Shown: in pieces, positions 62,801 through 64,000 of the stretch
Layout: the number at the start of each line of letters is the position of its first letter
Position numbering within the stretch: position 1 is the stretch's first letter
NCBI GenBank assembly: GCA_002269645.1
Contig: NIVC01003431.1
Coordinates: 1-64,000, forward strand
DNA from: Macrostomum lignano
Lineage: Eukaryota
DNA length: 64,000 nucleotides
Direction of reading: 5' to 3'
Translations under genes and position numbers: made by a program
Notes under the pieces: model-generated
Database searches by the model: none
What the model was told of the DNA's origin: nothing
What the model saw: only the letters and a program-made list of their open reading frames with translations

Positions 62801-64000
62801 TGCATGACCAGAGGGGGCAATGACCGTAGGCTGCCTATGACTGGGTAATGACCTGACAGACCTCTAGCACCAGACTGTCCTGCCCACATGATTGATAGCT
62901 TTGGTAGCGCTTTCGAGACTAAAGGGCCAAGGACCCACATGGACCCCACCTGTAGACAAGGTGCAATAGTTGGTCACTTGGTTATAACATGACTGAGTGG
63001 CTGCCATCACTCTATGTGACCTGGTACACCTAGATCTTATTACTAGACCTCTTGAGGCTAGAGCCCTGCCTGGATTGGTTACCAGGGAATTTAGGCTAAC
63101 AGGGGAAACACATGCAGCCAAGTACAGGGACTCTGTTTGGGGCATGATCGAGAAGTCTGGGCTCAATCTGGAGGATTTCTCAGCAGGGGATCCTTTGTGG
63201 CTGTGAGCAAGGCTGACTTGTGGCCTTAATTACTAAGAGTAGTGTGAGGCAAACATGTACTGACTCTAGTTTAAATTACTCAGGGCAAAGGGACACATCA
63301 GCATGGGGTTGCAATCTTTCTACTACCATTCTGTGCCAAGACTTGCTAATTCTCTCTACTGTCTGCATATGTGGACCCACAGCACGCACACACAGGCGGG
63401 CTTTTCATGGGGAGAGGCCATTATCTTACCCAAACTTCCTTATGTTTTGCAACCCCAGGAGAAAGGCCTAGCAAGCCATAAGTGAAATGATAGTGAAAGA
63501 GTGAATAATTATAAGTTTAGTAATAGTTAATAATTAGGCCCTTAGGGGGAATAATCGGGCAATAAAGCAGCTTCACTATTGAGTTAAATATAGCAATAGA
63601 TACTATATATATCACAATTGGCTCAGCTTTCAAATTAAGCAATGGAAAATAGGCAAACCCTGGATAAGCAAGGCAATCAGAGCACAATTAGTAACAGGAA
63701 GTTACTGGTGGCTGCACAGAGAGAGAAAGTGATAGAGGGACCGTGGGCAACTATTGGCTGCAGTTAAGCAGGCAGTGAAAAGGCGATGCACTGAAGCAAC
63801 AAGGCACTGATGTAGTTCAGGCGATGCTGAAGATGATTGGCAGTGATAGACTATAGACCCGCAGATGAGCTCACTTGGGGAGCTAAAGATAACTTGGTGG
63901 TAATAGATTGCGGACCGGCAGAGGTTCGTCCTATAGACGCATAGGTCAGATTGAGGTCTGACAGCAAGTCCACAATAGGGACAAGACAAAAGCCTTCTAA

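Noticed and set aside
62700-64000. Possible degenerate retroelement coding region
   Set aside because: Short ORFs with no recognisable RT, integrase or recombinase motif.

Overview
Eukaryotic (animal) genomic DNA, rich in satellites and apparently assembled from long reads with residual homopolymer indels. Positions 1-15393 hold two near-identical, oppositely oriented copies of a compact Polinton-like replicon. Each copy has a protein-primed family B DNA polymerase gene split by spliceosomal introns (7 exons, about 1,270 aa). That gene sits head-to-head, across a ~240-bp promoter, with a gene for a tandem PC4-like ssDNA-binding protein. The copies also carry orphan ORFs, two divergent Pol III-type structured small RNAs and a ~0.9-kb segment that behaves as the terminal inverted repeat (TIR), ending ...TAGTAGT. 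The reconstructed unit is about 10 kb, with no recognisable integrase, packaging ATPase, adenain protease or capsid gene. Downstream are a duplicated [satellite-satellite-U6 snRNA] block, a 4-exon frizzled-5/8 gene whose large introns carry many tandem repeats, a low-complexity Q/S/P-rich gene (possibly CRTC-like), SINE/HINE remnants and AT-rich DNA. Coordinates were read by eye and may be off by a few bases.
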